From Lingula anatina (lineage: Eukaryota; Animalia; Brachiopoda): DNA of 64,000 bases. The stretch's first letter is position 1; each line of letters starts with the position of its first letter. The notes under the pieces are model-generated. The model was given only the letters and a program-made list of their open reading frames with translations, made no database searches and was not told the DNA's origin. Position numbers and translations under genes: made by a program. This document shows positions 11,501 through 24,400 of the stretch, piece after piece. The stretch lies in contig CM120641.1 of assembly GCA_051362555.1 (NCBI GenBank), positions 30,634,401 through 30,698,400 of the forward strand, given 5' to 3'.

Positions 11501-14276
11501 ATAATTTTCACAAAACTGAAAATGACATTGAAAAGACTGCCAAATTCCATGGCTTAAAATAGTTAAACGTTAATAATTTTCACAAAATTTGTTCAAGATT
11601 TGTGAAATTTGAACAGATGATGCATAACAACAATAAAAATCTGTGATAAGCTCATCAGTTGACTGTGTCTCATGAAAAAGATTTTTTTTTTTGGACAATA
11701 AATTTGAGAAAACTGAAAATAACACTGAAACGACTGCCAAATTCCATGGCTTAAAATAGTTAAACGTTAATAATTTTCCCAAATCTTGTCTAATATTTGT
11801 GAAATTTGGATAGATGATGCATATCAACAATAAAAATCTGTGATATGCTCATCAGTTGACTGTGTCTCATGAAAAAGATTTTTTTGGACAATTAATTTGA
11901 GAAAACTGAAAATAACACTGAAACGACTGCCAAATTCCATGGCTTGAAATAGTTAAACGTTAATAATTTTCACAAATCTTGTCCAATATTTGTGAAATTT
12001 GGACAGATGATGCATCACAATAATACAAATCTGTGATAAGCTCATCAGTTGACTGTGTCTCATGAAAAAGATTTTTTTTGGACAATTAATTTGAGAAAAC
12101 AGAAAATAACACTGAAACGACTGCCAAATTCCATGGCTTGAAATAGTTAAACGTTAATAATTTTCACAAATCTTGTCCAATAATTGTGGAAATTGGAGAG
12201 ATGATGCTTAACAATAATAAAAATCTGTAATAAGCTCATCAGTTGACTGTGTCTCATGAAAAACATTTTTCAGAGCATATAAATGTGAGAAAACTGAAAA
12301 TGACATTGAAAAGACTGCCAAATTCCATGGCTTAAAATAGTTAAACGTTAATAATTTTCACAAATCTTGTCTAATATTTGTGAAATTTGGATAGATGGTG
12401 CATAACAACAATAAAAATCTGTGATAAGCTCATCAGTTGACTGTGTCTCATGAAAAAGATTTTTTTTGGACAATTAATTTGAGAAAACTGAAAATAACAC
12501 TGAAACGACTGCCAAATTCCATGGCTTGAAATAGTTAAACGTTAATAATTTTCACAAATCTTGTCCAATATTTGTGAAATTTGGACAGATGATGCATCAC
12601 AATAATACAAATCTGTGATAAGCTCATCAGTTGACTGTGTCTCATGAAAAAGATTTTTTTTGGACAATTAATTTGAGAAAACTGAAAATAACACTGAAAC
12701 GACTGCCAAATTCCATGGCTTGAAATAGTTAAACGTTAATAATTTTCACAAATCTTGTCTAATATTTGTAAAATTTGGATAGATGATGCATAACAATAAT
12801 AAAAATCTGTGATAAACTTATCAGTTGACAGTTGACATTTTTCAGAGCATATAAATGCGAGAAAACTGAAAATGACACTGAAAAGACTGCCAAATTCCAT
12901 GGTATAAAATAGTTAAACGTTTTTATTTTTCACAAATCTTGTCCAATATTTGTAAAATTTGGACAGATGATGCATAACAATAATAAAAATCTGTGATAAG
13001 CTCATCAGTTGACTGTGTCTCATAAAAAACATTTTTCAAAGCATATAAATGTGAGAAAACTGAAAATGACATTGAAAAGACTGCCAAATTCCATGGTATA
13101 AAATAGTTAAACGTTAATATTTTTAACAAATCTTGTCCAATATTTGTGGAATTTGGAGAGATGATGCTTAACAATAATAAAAATCTGTGATTAGCTCATC
13201 AACGTACTGTGTCTCATGAAAAAATTTTTTCAGAGCATATAAATGTGAGAAAATTGAAAATGACATTGAAAAGACTGCCAAATTCCATGGCTTAAAATAG
13301 TTAAACGTTAATAATTTTCACAAATCTTGTCTAATATTTGTGAAATTTGGATAGATGATGCATAACAACAATAAAAATCTGTGATAAGCTCATCAGTTGA
13401 TTGTGTTTCAAAAAAAAAGATTTTTTTGGACAATAAAATTGAGAAAACTGAAAATGACATTGAAAAGACTGCAAAATGCGGTGCCTTAAAATAATTAAAC
13501 ATTAATAATTTTCACAAATCTTGTTCAATATTTGTGAAATATGGACAGATGATGCAAAACAATAATAAAAATCTTTGATAAGCTTATCAGTTGACAGTTG
13601 ACATTTTTCAGAGCACATAAATGTGAGAAAACTGAAAATGACACTGAAAAGACTGTCAAATTCCAAGGTATAAAATAGTTAAACGTTTATATTTTTCACA
13701 AATCTTGTCCAATATTTGTGGAATTTGGAGAGATGATGTTTAACATAATAAAAATCTGTGATAAGCTCATCAGTTGACTGTGTCTCATAAAAAAGATTTT
13801 TTTGGACAATAAAATTGAGAAAACTGAATATGACATTGAAAAGACTGCAAAATGCGGTGCCTTAAAATAGTTAAAGGTTAATAATTTTCACAAATCTTGT
13901 CTAATATTTGTGAAATTTGGATACATGATGCATAACAACAATAAAAATCTGTGATAAGCTCATCAGTTGACTGTGTCTCATAAAAAGTATTTTTTTGGAC
14001 AATAAATTTGAGAAAATTGAAAATGACACTGAGAAGACTGCAAAATGCGGTGCCTTAAAACAGTTAAATGTTAATAATTTTCACAAATCTTGTCTAATAT
14101 TTGTCAAATTTGGAGAGCTGATGCTTAACAATAACAAAAATAACATATCCTTACTACCAATACCAGATGTAGATTCCTCCTTACAATCGGTTTCTGGAAT
14201 AGGGTTTAGCACACCATTTGACAATGTCTTAAAGCTTGCCATATATACCATCTATTGTACACATGGATGAGACATA

Positions 14277-16178
14277 CGGTAATATGCCAAACAATTCGAC
14301 CAAGATTAATTAATTAATTTCATGGAAATGTCAGTTTGGTCGAATTGATTGAAATACAGCAAATGGAAACCTTTGATATCGTCGGATTGTTAGGGGTATC
14401 TGCCAAAACGTCCATCTTTCCGGAAGTATTGCATTTTACCGGAAGTGTTACGCAAGATAAGCCGCAATTTTCGCCTAACATGTGTTTCAGGCTTGTTTTA
14501 TCCTCCTTTTAAAATCTTATTTTGCTGTGTACAATATGTGCTAACATTACTTAACATTAAAAAAGACGACAATAATAATTTCTAATTATATATTTCCCTC
14601 ACCTACGATCATTTTCATGATGCGCTTCAAGAGTGGGACGGGTATTTCCCCAGAGACGGGTGTTGTAAACAAAGGCCGGTCACTTATATTTGAAACCGGT
14701 AGCTTTAGTAGACTTAAACTAGTTATGTGATCTACGTTCGCCCTATTTGAATTTTAATATGACAACTGAAATCAACCGAATTGAAATTTTTTACCAGTCT
14801 GAGATCAGTTGTTTTCAACCCGCAAGGCTTGCTCAGCGTCGAGGCATAGACGTACTTCCGAAGAAAATTCAATCACCCGTATCAAAGAATACCAACTGGC
14901 ACTCAAACGGAATTCAGTGTAACTTCAAATTACTTATAAGTATTTTATTTAAAAAGCATGTCATATTAAAACATATTGAGAAAAGGCAAAATACGGAGCC
15001 TACCTGTGCCGATAGACATACAGTAGGCCTATCTTGCTGGCACTCTTCCGATTTTCTTACTTATATACTCTCGCTGTGCACAAACCACGGTGCATATTGA
15101 AAACCCCACTAATACAACCCGAACGTAAAATAAGCATTTAATTGCCATAATTTTCACAAAACGAGTGCATTTATAATTTGACGCGAGAATTGAGCACATG
15201 CAGAAATGAGACAGGTCTTAACTGGTCTGGTCCAGCATAGCGCAAACCACATGTTAATGAAGACGGTCCCATTTTGGGGGAGGGGGGTCACAGGAATGGA
15301 GTTCTTCGTGGATTACGCTAAATATCATCAACATTTCATGCATCTGGGGAAATAAAAAGTGACTCACAGGTAACGTAAATATCCAGTGGAACTCTCTATG
15401 AAGCTCTCATGGAGTTAAGGAAGACGTCATTTTTATTGTTGACAAATCAGTTACCCATGTAGGTGAACAGCTACACGTGTTCGTCAGATTTTGACAGCGC
15501 GTGGTATTTGGCGCCAAGAAGTCTGGGCGGTCGATCCCGCTGATCTTTCGGTCGATTGAAGTAAATGTAAGATCTTGCGGTGTTGACTTCAAGAATGTTT
15601 CTCCATCTGCATATATATTTCAATCAAACTTGAAAATAAATTGCTTATTCTTTCCAAACTTTTTATTGCTAGCAAACGCTACATATGGTCTATATGAAGG
15701 TGTTTTTGACGTATTCTAACCACTGTCGATATTTGGTTTCATCCAGAATGGACCTTTTTTAACCCCCCCCCCCCCACCTTCCCCAGTTACGGGCGTGATG
15801 AATCAGTCAGCGAGGGCAAGTCTGCTTAATTAGCACAAATTGTATGTCTATAACACTATTTTGTCATCTGGGACAAAGGAAATGACAGGTACGTCATGCT
15901 TCCAGATTAGATCTTCACTTAATAGTTTCTTCCTCATTGACGAGAGCTATTGAAAGGACAACAATTGACAAAGGGCCCGGCATGCAGCATCTATATGACT
16001 GGCTTAAAAATTTACCGAGTCTTGCCGACGATGTGGTCGAACAATCGGAACAAGTAAAAAATTCTGTCGCATGATTTTGACGTATGGACTAAATGTTTGA
16101 GCCCAGAAAAATTAATTTTATAAAATAATTTTTATGGTCGGATTGACTGGGCCCGTCGAAATGCTTGACACATTACCG
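14277..16178. mobile_element. 1902-bp non-autonomous DNA transposon with TA target duplication and 24-bp imperfect TIRs (Tc1/mariner/pogo-like)
   Basis: The empty site in sister cassettes is gagacaTAgcattgc; here it reads gagacaTA[element]TAgcattgc (TA at 14275-14276 and 16179-16180). Left TIR CGGTAATATGCCAAACAATTCGAC (14277-14300) versus reverse complement of the right end CGGTAATGTGTCAAGCATTTCGAC (16155-16178): 20/24 identical. No transposase-length ORF. Confidence 0.95.
14420..14455 (+). promoter_or_regulatory. Tandem ETS-type motifs plus a bZIP-type motif inside the transposon
   Basis: CCGGAAGT at 14420-14427 and 14439-14446; TTACGCAA at 14448-14455. Motif match only. Confidence 0.35.
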
Positions 16179-18499
16179 TAGCATTGCTCTTGCTGTTGTC
16201 TTTTGCTGTCTGTTTTTTCTATAGGAATTAGCCCTGACCAGACAGGAAGAATCAGTTCACCAAAAAAGCCATTACGCTGTATGGAAAAGGTCACCTGGAA
16301 AAAGAACAATATGTTTGAAAAAAGTGAAAATTAAATTCTAAAAATTGACAAATTTCCCACACTAAAATAGTTGAACAGTAATTTTGATAAACTTAATCTA
16401 AACAGTTGACTGTGTCTAATAAAAAGGATATTTTCAGAACATATAAATTTGAGAAAAACTGAAAATGACATTGAAAAGACTGCCAAATGCGGTGCCTTAA
16501 AATAGTTAAATGTTAATAATTTTCAAAAATCTTGTCCAATATTTGTGAAATTTGGACAGATGATGCATAACAATAATAAAAATCTGTGATAAGCTTATCA
16601 GTTGACAGTTGACATTTTTCAGAGCATATAAATGCGAGAAAACTGAAAATGACACTGAAAAGACTGCCAAATTCCATGGCTTAAAATAGTTAAACGTTAA
16701 TATTTTTAACAAATCTTGTCCAATATTTGTGGAATTTGGAGAGATAATGCTTAACCATAATAAAAATCTGTGATAAGCTCATCAGTTGACTGTGTCTCAT
16801 GAAAAAGATTTTTTTTGGACAATTTATTTGAGAAAACTGAAAATAACACTGAAACGACTGCCAAATTCCATGGCTTAAAATAGTTAAACGTTAATAATTT
16901 TCACAAATCTTGTCTAATATTTGTGAAATTTGGACAGATGATGCATAACAACAATAAAAATCTGTGATAAGCTCATCAGTTGACTGTGTCTCATAAAAAA
17001 GATTTTTTTTGGACAATAAAATTGAGAAAACAGAAAATGACATTGAAAAGACTGCAAAATACGGTGCCTTAAAATAGTTAAACGTTAATAATTTTCACAA
17101 GTCTTGTTCAAGATTTGTGAAATTTGGACAGATGATGCATAACAATAATAAAAATCTGTGATAAGCTCATCAGTTGACTGTGTCTCATAAAAAAGATTTT
17201 TTTTGGACAATAAAATTGAGAAAACAGGAAATGACATTGAAAAGACTGCAAAATACGGTGCCTTAAAATAGTTAAACGTTAATAATTTTCACAAGTCTTG
17301 TTCAAGATTTGTGAAATTTGGACAAATGATGCATAACAATAATAAAAATCTGTGATAAGCTCATCACTTGACTGTATCTCATGAAAAACATTTTTCAGAG
17401 CATATAAATGTGAGAAAACTGAAAATGACATTGAAAAGACTGCCAAATTCCATGGCTTAAAATAGTTAAACGTTAATAATTTTCACAAATCTTGTCTAAT
17501 ATTTGTGAAATTTGGATAGATGATGCATATCAACAATAAAAATCTGTGATAAGCTCATCAGTTGACTGTGTCTCATGAAAAAGATTTTTTTTGGACAATT
17601 AATTTGAGAAAACTGAAAATAACACTGAAACGACTGCCAAATTCCATGGCTTGAAATAGTTAAACGTTAATAATTTTCACAAATCTTGTCCAATATTTGT
17701 GAAATTTGGACAGATGATGCATCACAATAATACAAATCTGTGATAAGCTCATCAGTTGACTGTGTCTCATGAAAAAGATTTTTTTTGGACAATTAATTTG
17801 AGAAAACTGAAAATAACACTGAAACGACTGCCAAATTCCATGGCTTGAAATAGTTAAACGTTAATAATTTTCACAAATCTTGTCTAATATTTGTGAAATT
17901 TGGACAGATGATGCATAACAACAATAAAAATCTGTGATAAGCTCATCAGTTGACTGTGTCTCATAAAAAAGATTTTTTTTGGACAATAAAATTGAAAAAA
18001 CAGAAAATGACATTGAAAAGACTGCAAAATACGGTGCCTTAAAATAGTTAAACGTTAATAATTTTCACAAGTCTTGTTCAAGATTTGTGAAATTTGGACA
18101 GATGATGCATAACAATAATAAAAATCTGTGATAAGCTCATCAGTTGACTGTGTCTCATAAAAAAAATTTTTTTTGGACAATAAAATTGAGAAAACAGGAA
18201 ATGACATTGAAAAGACTGCAAAATACGGTGCCTTAAAATAGTTAAACGTTAATAATTTTCACAAGTCTTGTTCAAGATTTGTGAAATTTGGACAGATGAT
18301 GCATAACAATAATAAAAATCTGTGATAAGCTCATCACTTGACTGTATCTCATGAAAAACATTTTTCAGAGCATATAAATGTGAGAAAACTGAAAATGACA
18401 TTGAAAAGACTGCCAAATTCCATGGCTTAAAATAGTTAAACGTTAATAATTTTCCCAAATCTTGTCTAATATTTGTGAAATTTGGATAGATGATGCATA

Positions 18500-21400
18500 T
18501 CAACAATAAAAATCTGTGATAAGCTCATCAGTTGACTGTGTCTCATAAAAAAGATTTTTTTGGACAATAAAATTGAGAAAACGGAAAATGACATTGAAAA
18601 GACTGCAAAATGCGGTGCCTTAAAATAGTTAAACATAAATAATTTTCACAAAACTTGTTCAATATTTGTGAAATTTGGAGAGATGATGCTTAGCAATAAC
18701 AAAAATCTGTGATAAGCTTAACAGTTGACAGTGTGTGATAGAATTGTAGTTGTTTGACATTTTGTATGCGAAGAGTGAGAATTATCTACAATATTTTTTT
18801 TCCAATTTCACAACATCTAATTAGACTCACATTAAACATCAAATATTATGATTTGAGTTTGTTTGTGTAAGAGGTGACAAATTACCCATAATTGTCCTCT
18901 GGAAAAGAATATATACCCATTTAAGACATCTCCTTACTACCAATACCAGATGCAGATTCCTCCTTACAATCGGTTTCTGGAATAGGGTTTAGCACACCAT
19001 TTGACAATGTCCTAAAGCTTGCCATATACCATCTATTGTAAACATGGATGAGACATAGCATTGCTCTTGCTGTTGTCTTTTGCTGTCTGTTTTTCCTATA
19101 GGAATTAGCCCTGACCAGACAGGAAGAATCAGTTCACCAAAAAAGCCATCACGCTGTATGGAAAAGGTCACCTGGAAAAAGAACAATATGTTTGATAAAA
19201 GTGAAAATTAAATTCTAAAAATTGACAAATTTCCCACACTAAAATAGTTGAACAGTAATTTTGATAAACTTAACCTAAACAGTTGACTATGTCTAATAAA
19301 AAGGACATTTTCAGAACATATAAATTTGAGAAATACTGAAAATGACATTGAAAAGACTGCCAAATTCCATGGCTTGAAATAGTTAAACGTAAATAATTTT
19401 CACAAATCTTGTTCAAGATTTGTGAAATTTGGACAGATGATGCATAACAATAATAAAAATCTGTGATAAGCTCATCAGTTGACTGCATCTCATGAAAAAC
19501 ATTTTTCAGGGCATATAAATGTGAGAAAACTGAAAATGACATTGAAAAGACTGCCACATTCCATGGCTTAAAATAGTTAAACGTTAATAATTTTCACAAA
19601 TCTTGTCTAATATTTGTGAAATTTGGATAGATGGTGCATAACAACAATAAAAATCTGTGATAAGCTCATCAGTTGACTGTGTCTCATGAAAAAGATTTTT
19701 TTTGGACAATTAATTTGAGAAAACTGAAAATAACACTGAAACGACTGCCAAATTCCATGGCTTGAAATAGTTAAACGTTAATAATTTTCACAAATCTTGT
19801 CCAATATTTGTGAAATTTGGACAGATGATGCATCACAATAATACAAATCTGTGATAAGCTCATCAGTTGACTGTGTCTCATGAAAAAGATTTTTTTTGGA
19901 CAATTAATTTGAGAAAACTGAAAATAACACTGAAACGACTGCCAAATTCCATGGCTTGAAATAGTTAAACGTTAATAATTTTCACAAATCTTGTCTAATA
20001 TTTGTAAAATTTGGATAGATGATGCATAACAATAATAAAAATCTGTGATAAACTTATCAGTTGACAGTTGACATTTTTCAGAGCATATAAATGCGAGAAA
20101 ACTGAAAATGACACTGAAAAGACTGCCAAATTCCATGGTATAAAATAGTTAAACGTTTTTATTTTTCACAAATCTTGTCCAATATTTGTAAAATTTGGAC
20201 AGATGATGCATAACAATAATAAAAATCTGTGATAAGCTCATCAGTTGACTGTGTCTCATAAAAAACATTTTTCAAAGCATATAAATGTGAGAAAACTGAA
20301 AATGACATTGAAAAGACTGCCAAATTCCATGGTATAAAATAGTTAAACGTTAATATTTTTAACAAATCTTGTCCAATATTTGTGGAATTTGGAGAGATGA
20401 TGCTTAACAATAATAAAAATCTGTGATTAGCTCATCAACGTACTGTGTCTCATGAAAAAATTTTTTCAGAGCATATAAATGTGAGAAAATTGAAAATGAC
20501 ATTGAAAAGACTGCCAAATTCCATGGCTTAAAATAGTTAAACGTTAATAATTTTCACAAATCTTGTCTAATATTTGTGAAATTTGGATAGATGATGCATA
20601 ACAACAATAAAAATCTGTGATAAGCTCATCAGTTGATTGTGTTTCAAAAAAAAAGATTTTTTTGGACAATAAAATTGAGAAAACTGAAAATGACATTGAA
20701 AAGACTGCAAAATGCGGTGCCTTAAAATAATTAAACATTAATAATTTTCACAAATCTTGTTCAATATTTGTGAAATATGGACAGATGATGCAAAACAATA
20801 ATAAAAATCTTTGATAAGCTTATCAGTTGACAGTTGACATTTTTCAGAGCACATAAATGTGAGAAAACTGAAAATGACACTGAAAAGACTGTCAAATTCC
20901 AAGGTATAAAATAGTTAAACGTTTATATTTTTCACAAATCTTGTCCAATATTTGTGGAATTTGGAGAGATGATGTTTAACATAATAAAAATCTGTGATAA
21001 GCTCATCAGTTGACTGTGTCTCATAAAAAAGATTTTTTTGGACAATAAAATTGAGAAAACTGAATATGACATTGAAAAGACTGCAAAATGCGGTGCCTTA
21101 AAATAGTTAAAGGTTAATAATTTTCACAAATCTTGTCTAATATTTGTGAAATTTGGATACATGATGCATAACAACAATAAAAATCTGTGATAAGCTCATC
21201 AGTTGACTGTGTCTCATAAAAAGTATTTTTTTGGACAATAAATTTGAGAAAATTGAAAATGACACTGAGAAGACTGCAAAATGCGGTGCCTTAAAACAGT
21301 TAAATGTTAATAATTTTCACAAATCTTGTCTAATATTTGTCAAATTTGGAGAGCTGATGCTTAACAATAACAAAAATAACATATCCTTACTACCAATACC

Positions 21401-24400
21401 AGATGTAGATTCCTCCTTACAATCGGTTTCTGGAATAGGGTTTAGCACACCATTTGACAATGTCTTAAAGCTTGCCATATATACCATCTATTGTACACAT
21501 GGATGAGACATAGCATTGCTCTTGCTGTTGTCTTTTGCTGTCTGTTTTTTCTATAGGAATTAGCCCTGACCAGACAGGAAGAATCAGTTCACCAAAAAAG
21601 CCATTACGCTGTATGGAAAAGGTCACCTGGAAAAAGAACAATATGTTTGAAAAAAGTGAAAATTAAATTCTAAAAATTGACAAATTTCCCACACTAAAAT
21701 AGTTGAACAGTAATTTTGATAAACTTAATCTAAACAGTTGACTGTGTCTAATAAAAAGGATATTTTCAGAACATATAAATTTGAGAAAAACTGAAAATGA
21801 CATTGAAAAGACTGCCAAATGCGGTGCCTTAAAATAGTTAAATGTTAATAATTTTCAAAAATCTTGTCCAATATTTGTGAAATTTGGACAGATGATGCAT
21901 AACAATAATAAAAATCTGTGATAAGCTTATCAGTTGACAGTTGACATTTTTCAGAGCATATAAATGCGAGAAAACTGAAAATGACACTGAAAAGACTGCC
22001 AAATTCCATGGTATAAAATATTTAAAGGTTTATATTTTTCACAAATCTTGTCCAATATTTGTGAAATTTGGACAGATGATGCATAACAATAATAAAAATC
22101 TGTGATAAGCTCATCAGTTGACTGTGTCTCATAAAAAAGATTTTTTTTTGGACAATAAAATTGAGAAAACAGAAAATGACATTGAAAAGACTGCAAAATA
22201 CGGTGCCTTAAAATAGTTAAACGTTAATAATTTTCACAAGTCTTGTTCAAGATTTGTAAAATTTGGACAGATGATGCATAACAATAATAAAAATCTGTGA
22301 TAAGCTCATCAGTTGACTGTGTCTCATAAAAAAGATTTTTTTGGACAATAAAATTGAGAAAACGGAAAATGACATTGAAAAGACTGCAAAATGCGGTGCC
22401 TTAAAATAGTTAAACATAAATAATTTTCACAAAACTTGTTCAATATTTGTGAAATTTGGAGAGATGATGCTTAGCAATAACAAAAATCTGTGATAAGCTT
22501 AACAGTTGACAGTGTGTGATAGAATTGTAGTTGTTTGACATTTTGTATGCGAAGAGTGAGAATTATCTACAATATTTTTTTTTCAATTTCACAACATCTA
22601 ATTAGACTCACATTAAACATCAAATATTATGATTTGAGTTTGTTTGTGTAAGAGGTGACAAATTACCCATAATTGTCCTCTGGAAAAGAATATATACCCA
22701 TTTAAGACATCTCCTTACTACCAATACCAGATGCAGATTCCTCCTTACAATCGGTTTCTGGAATAGGGTTTAGCACACCATTTGACAATGTCCTAAAGCT
22801 TGCCATATACCATCTATTGTAAACATGGATGAGACATAGCATTGCTCTTGCTGTTGTCTTTTGCTGTCTGTTTTTCCTATAGGAATTAGCCCTGACCAGA
22901 CAGGAAGAATCAGTTCACCAAAAAAGCCATCACGCTGTATGGAAAAGGTCACCTGGAAAAAGAACAATATGTTTGATAAAAGTGAAAATTAAATTCTAAA
23001 AATTGACAAATTTCCCACACTAAAATAGTTGAACAGTAATTTTGATAAACTTAACCTAAACAGTTGACTATGTCTAATAAAAAGGACATTTTCAGAACAT
23101 ATAAATTTGAGAAATACTGAAAATGACATTGAAAAGACTGCCAAATTCCATGGCTTGAAATAGTTAAACGTAAATAATTTTCACAAATCTTGTTCAAGAT
23201 TTGTGAAATTTGGACAGATGATGCATAACAATAATAAAAATCTGTGATAAGCTCATCAGTTGACTGCATCTCATGAAAAACATTTTTCAGGGCATATAAA
23301 TGTGAGAAAACTGAAAATGACATTGAAAAGACTGCCACATTCCATGGCTTAAAATAGTTAAACGTTAATAATTTTCACAAATCTTGTCTAATATTTGTGA
23401 AATTTGGATAGATGGTGCATAACAACAATAAAAATCTGTGATAAGCTCATCAGTTGACTGTGTCTCATGAAAAAGATTTTTTTTGGACAATTAATTTGAG
23501 AAAACTGAAAATAACACTGAAACGACTGCCAAATTCCATGGCTTGAAATAGTTAAACGTTAATAATTTTCACAAATCTTGTCCAATATTTGTGAAATTTG
23601 GACAGATGATGCATCACAATAATACAAATCTGTGATAAGCTCATCAGTTGACTGTGTCTCATGAAAAAGATTTTTTTTGGACAATTAATTTGAGAAAACT
23701 GAAAATAACACTGAAACGACTGCCAAATTCCATGGCTTGAAATAGTTAAACGTTAATAATTTTCACAAATCTTGTCTAATATTTGTAAAATTTGGATAGA
23801 TGATGCATAACAATAATAAAAATCTGTGATAAACTTATCAGTTGACAGTTGACATTTTTCAGAGCATATAAATGCGAGAAAACTGAAAATGACACTGAAA
23901 AGACTGCCAAATTCCATGGTATAAAATAGTTAAACGTTTTTATTTTTCACAAATCTTGTCCAATATTTGTAAAATTTGGACAGATGATGCATAACAATAA
24001 TAAAAATCTGTGATAAGCTCATCAGTTGACTGTGTCTCATAAAAAACATTTTTCAAAGCATATAAATGTGAGAAAACTGAAAATGACATTGAAAAGACTG
24101 CCAAATTCCATGGTATAAAATAGTTAAACGTTAATATTTTTAACAAATCTTGTCCAATATTTGTGGAATTTGGAGAGATGATGCTTAACAATAATAAAAA
24201 TCTGTGATTAGCTCATCAACGTACTGTGTCTCATGAAAAAATTTTTTCAGAGCATATAAATGTGAGAAAATTGAAAATGACATTGAAAAGACTGCCAAAT
24301 TCCATGGCTTAAAATAGTTAAACGTTAATAATTTTCACAAATCTTGTCTAATATTTGTGAAATTTGGATAGATGATGCATAACAACAATAAAAATCTGTG

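Noticed and set aside
14747-15100. 117-aa ORF in the transposon as a transposase
   Set aside because: Too short, non-ATG start, no DDE/D or HTH motif visible.
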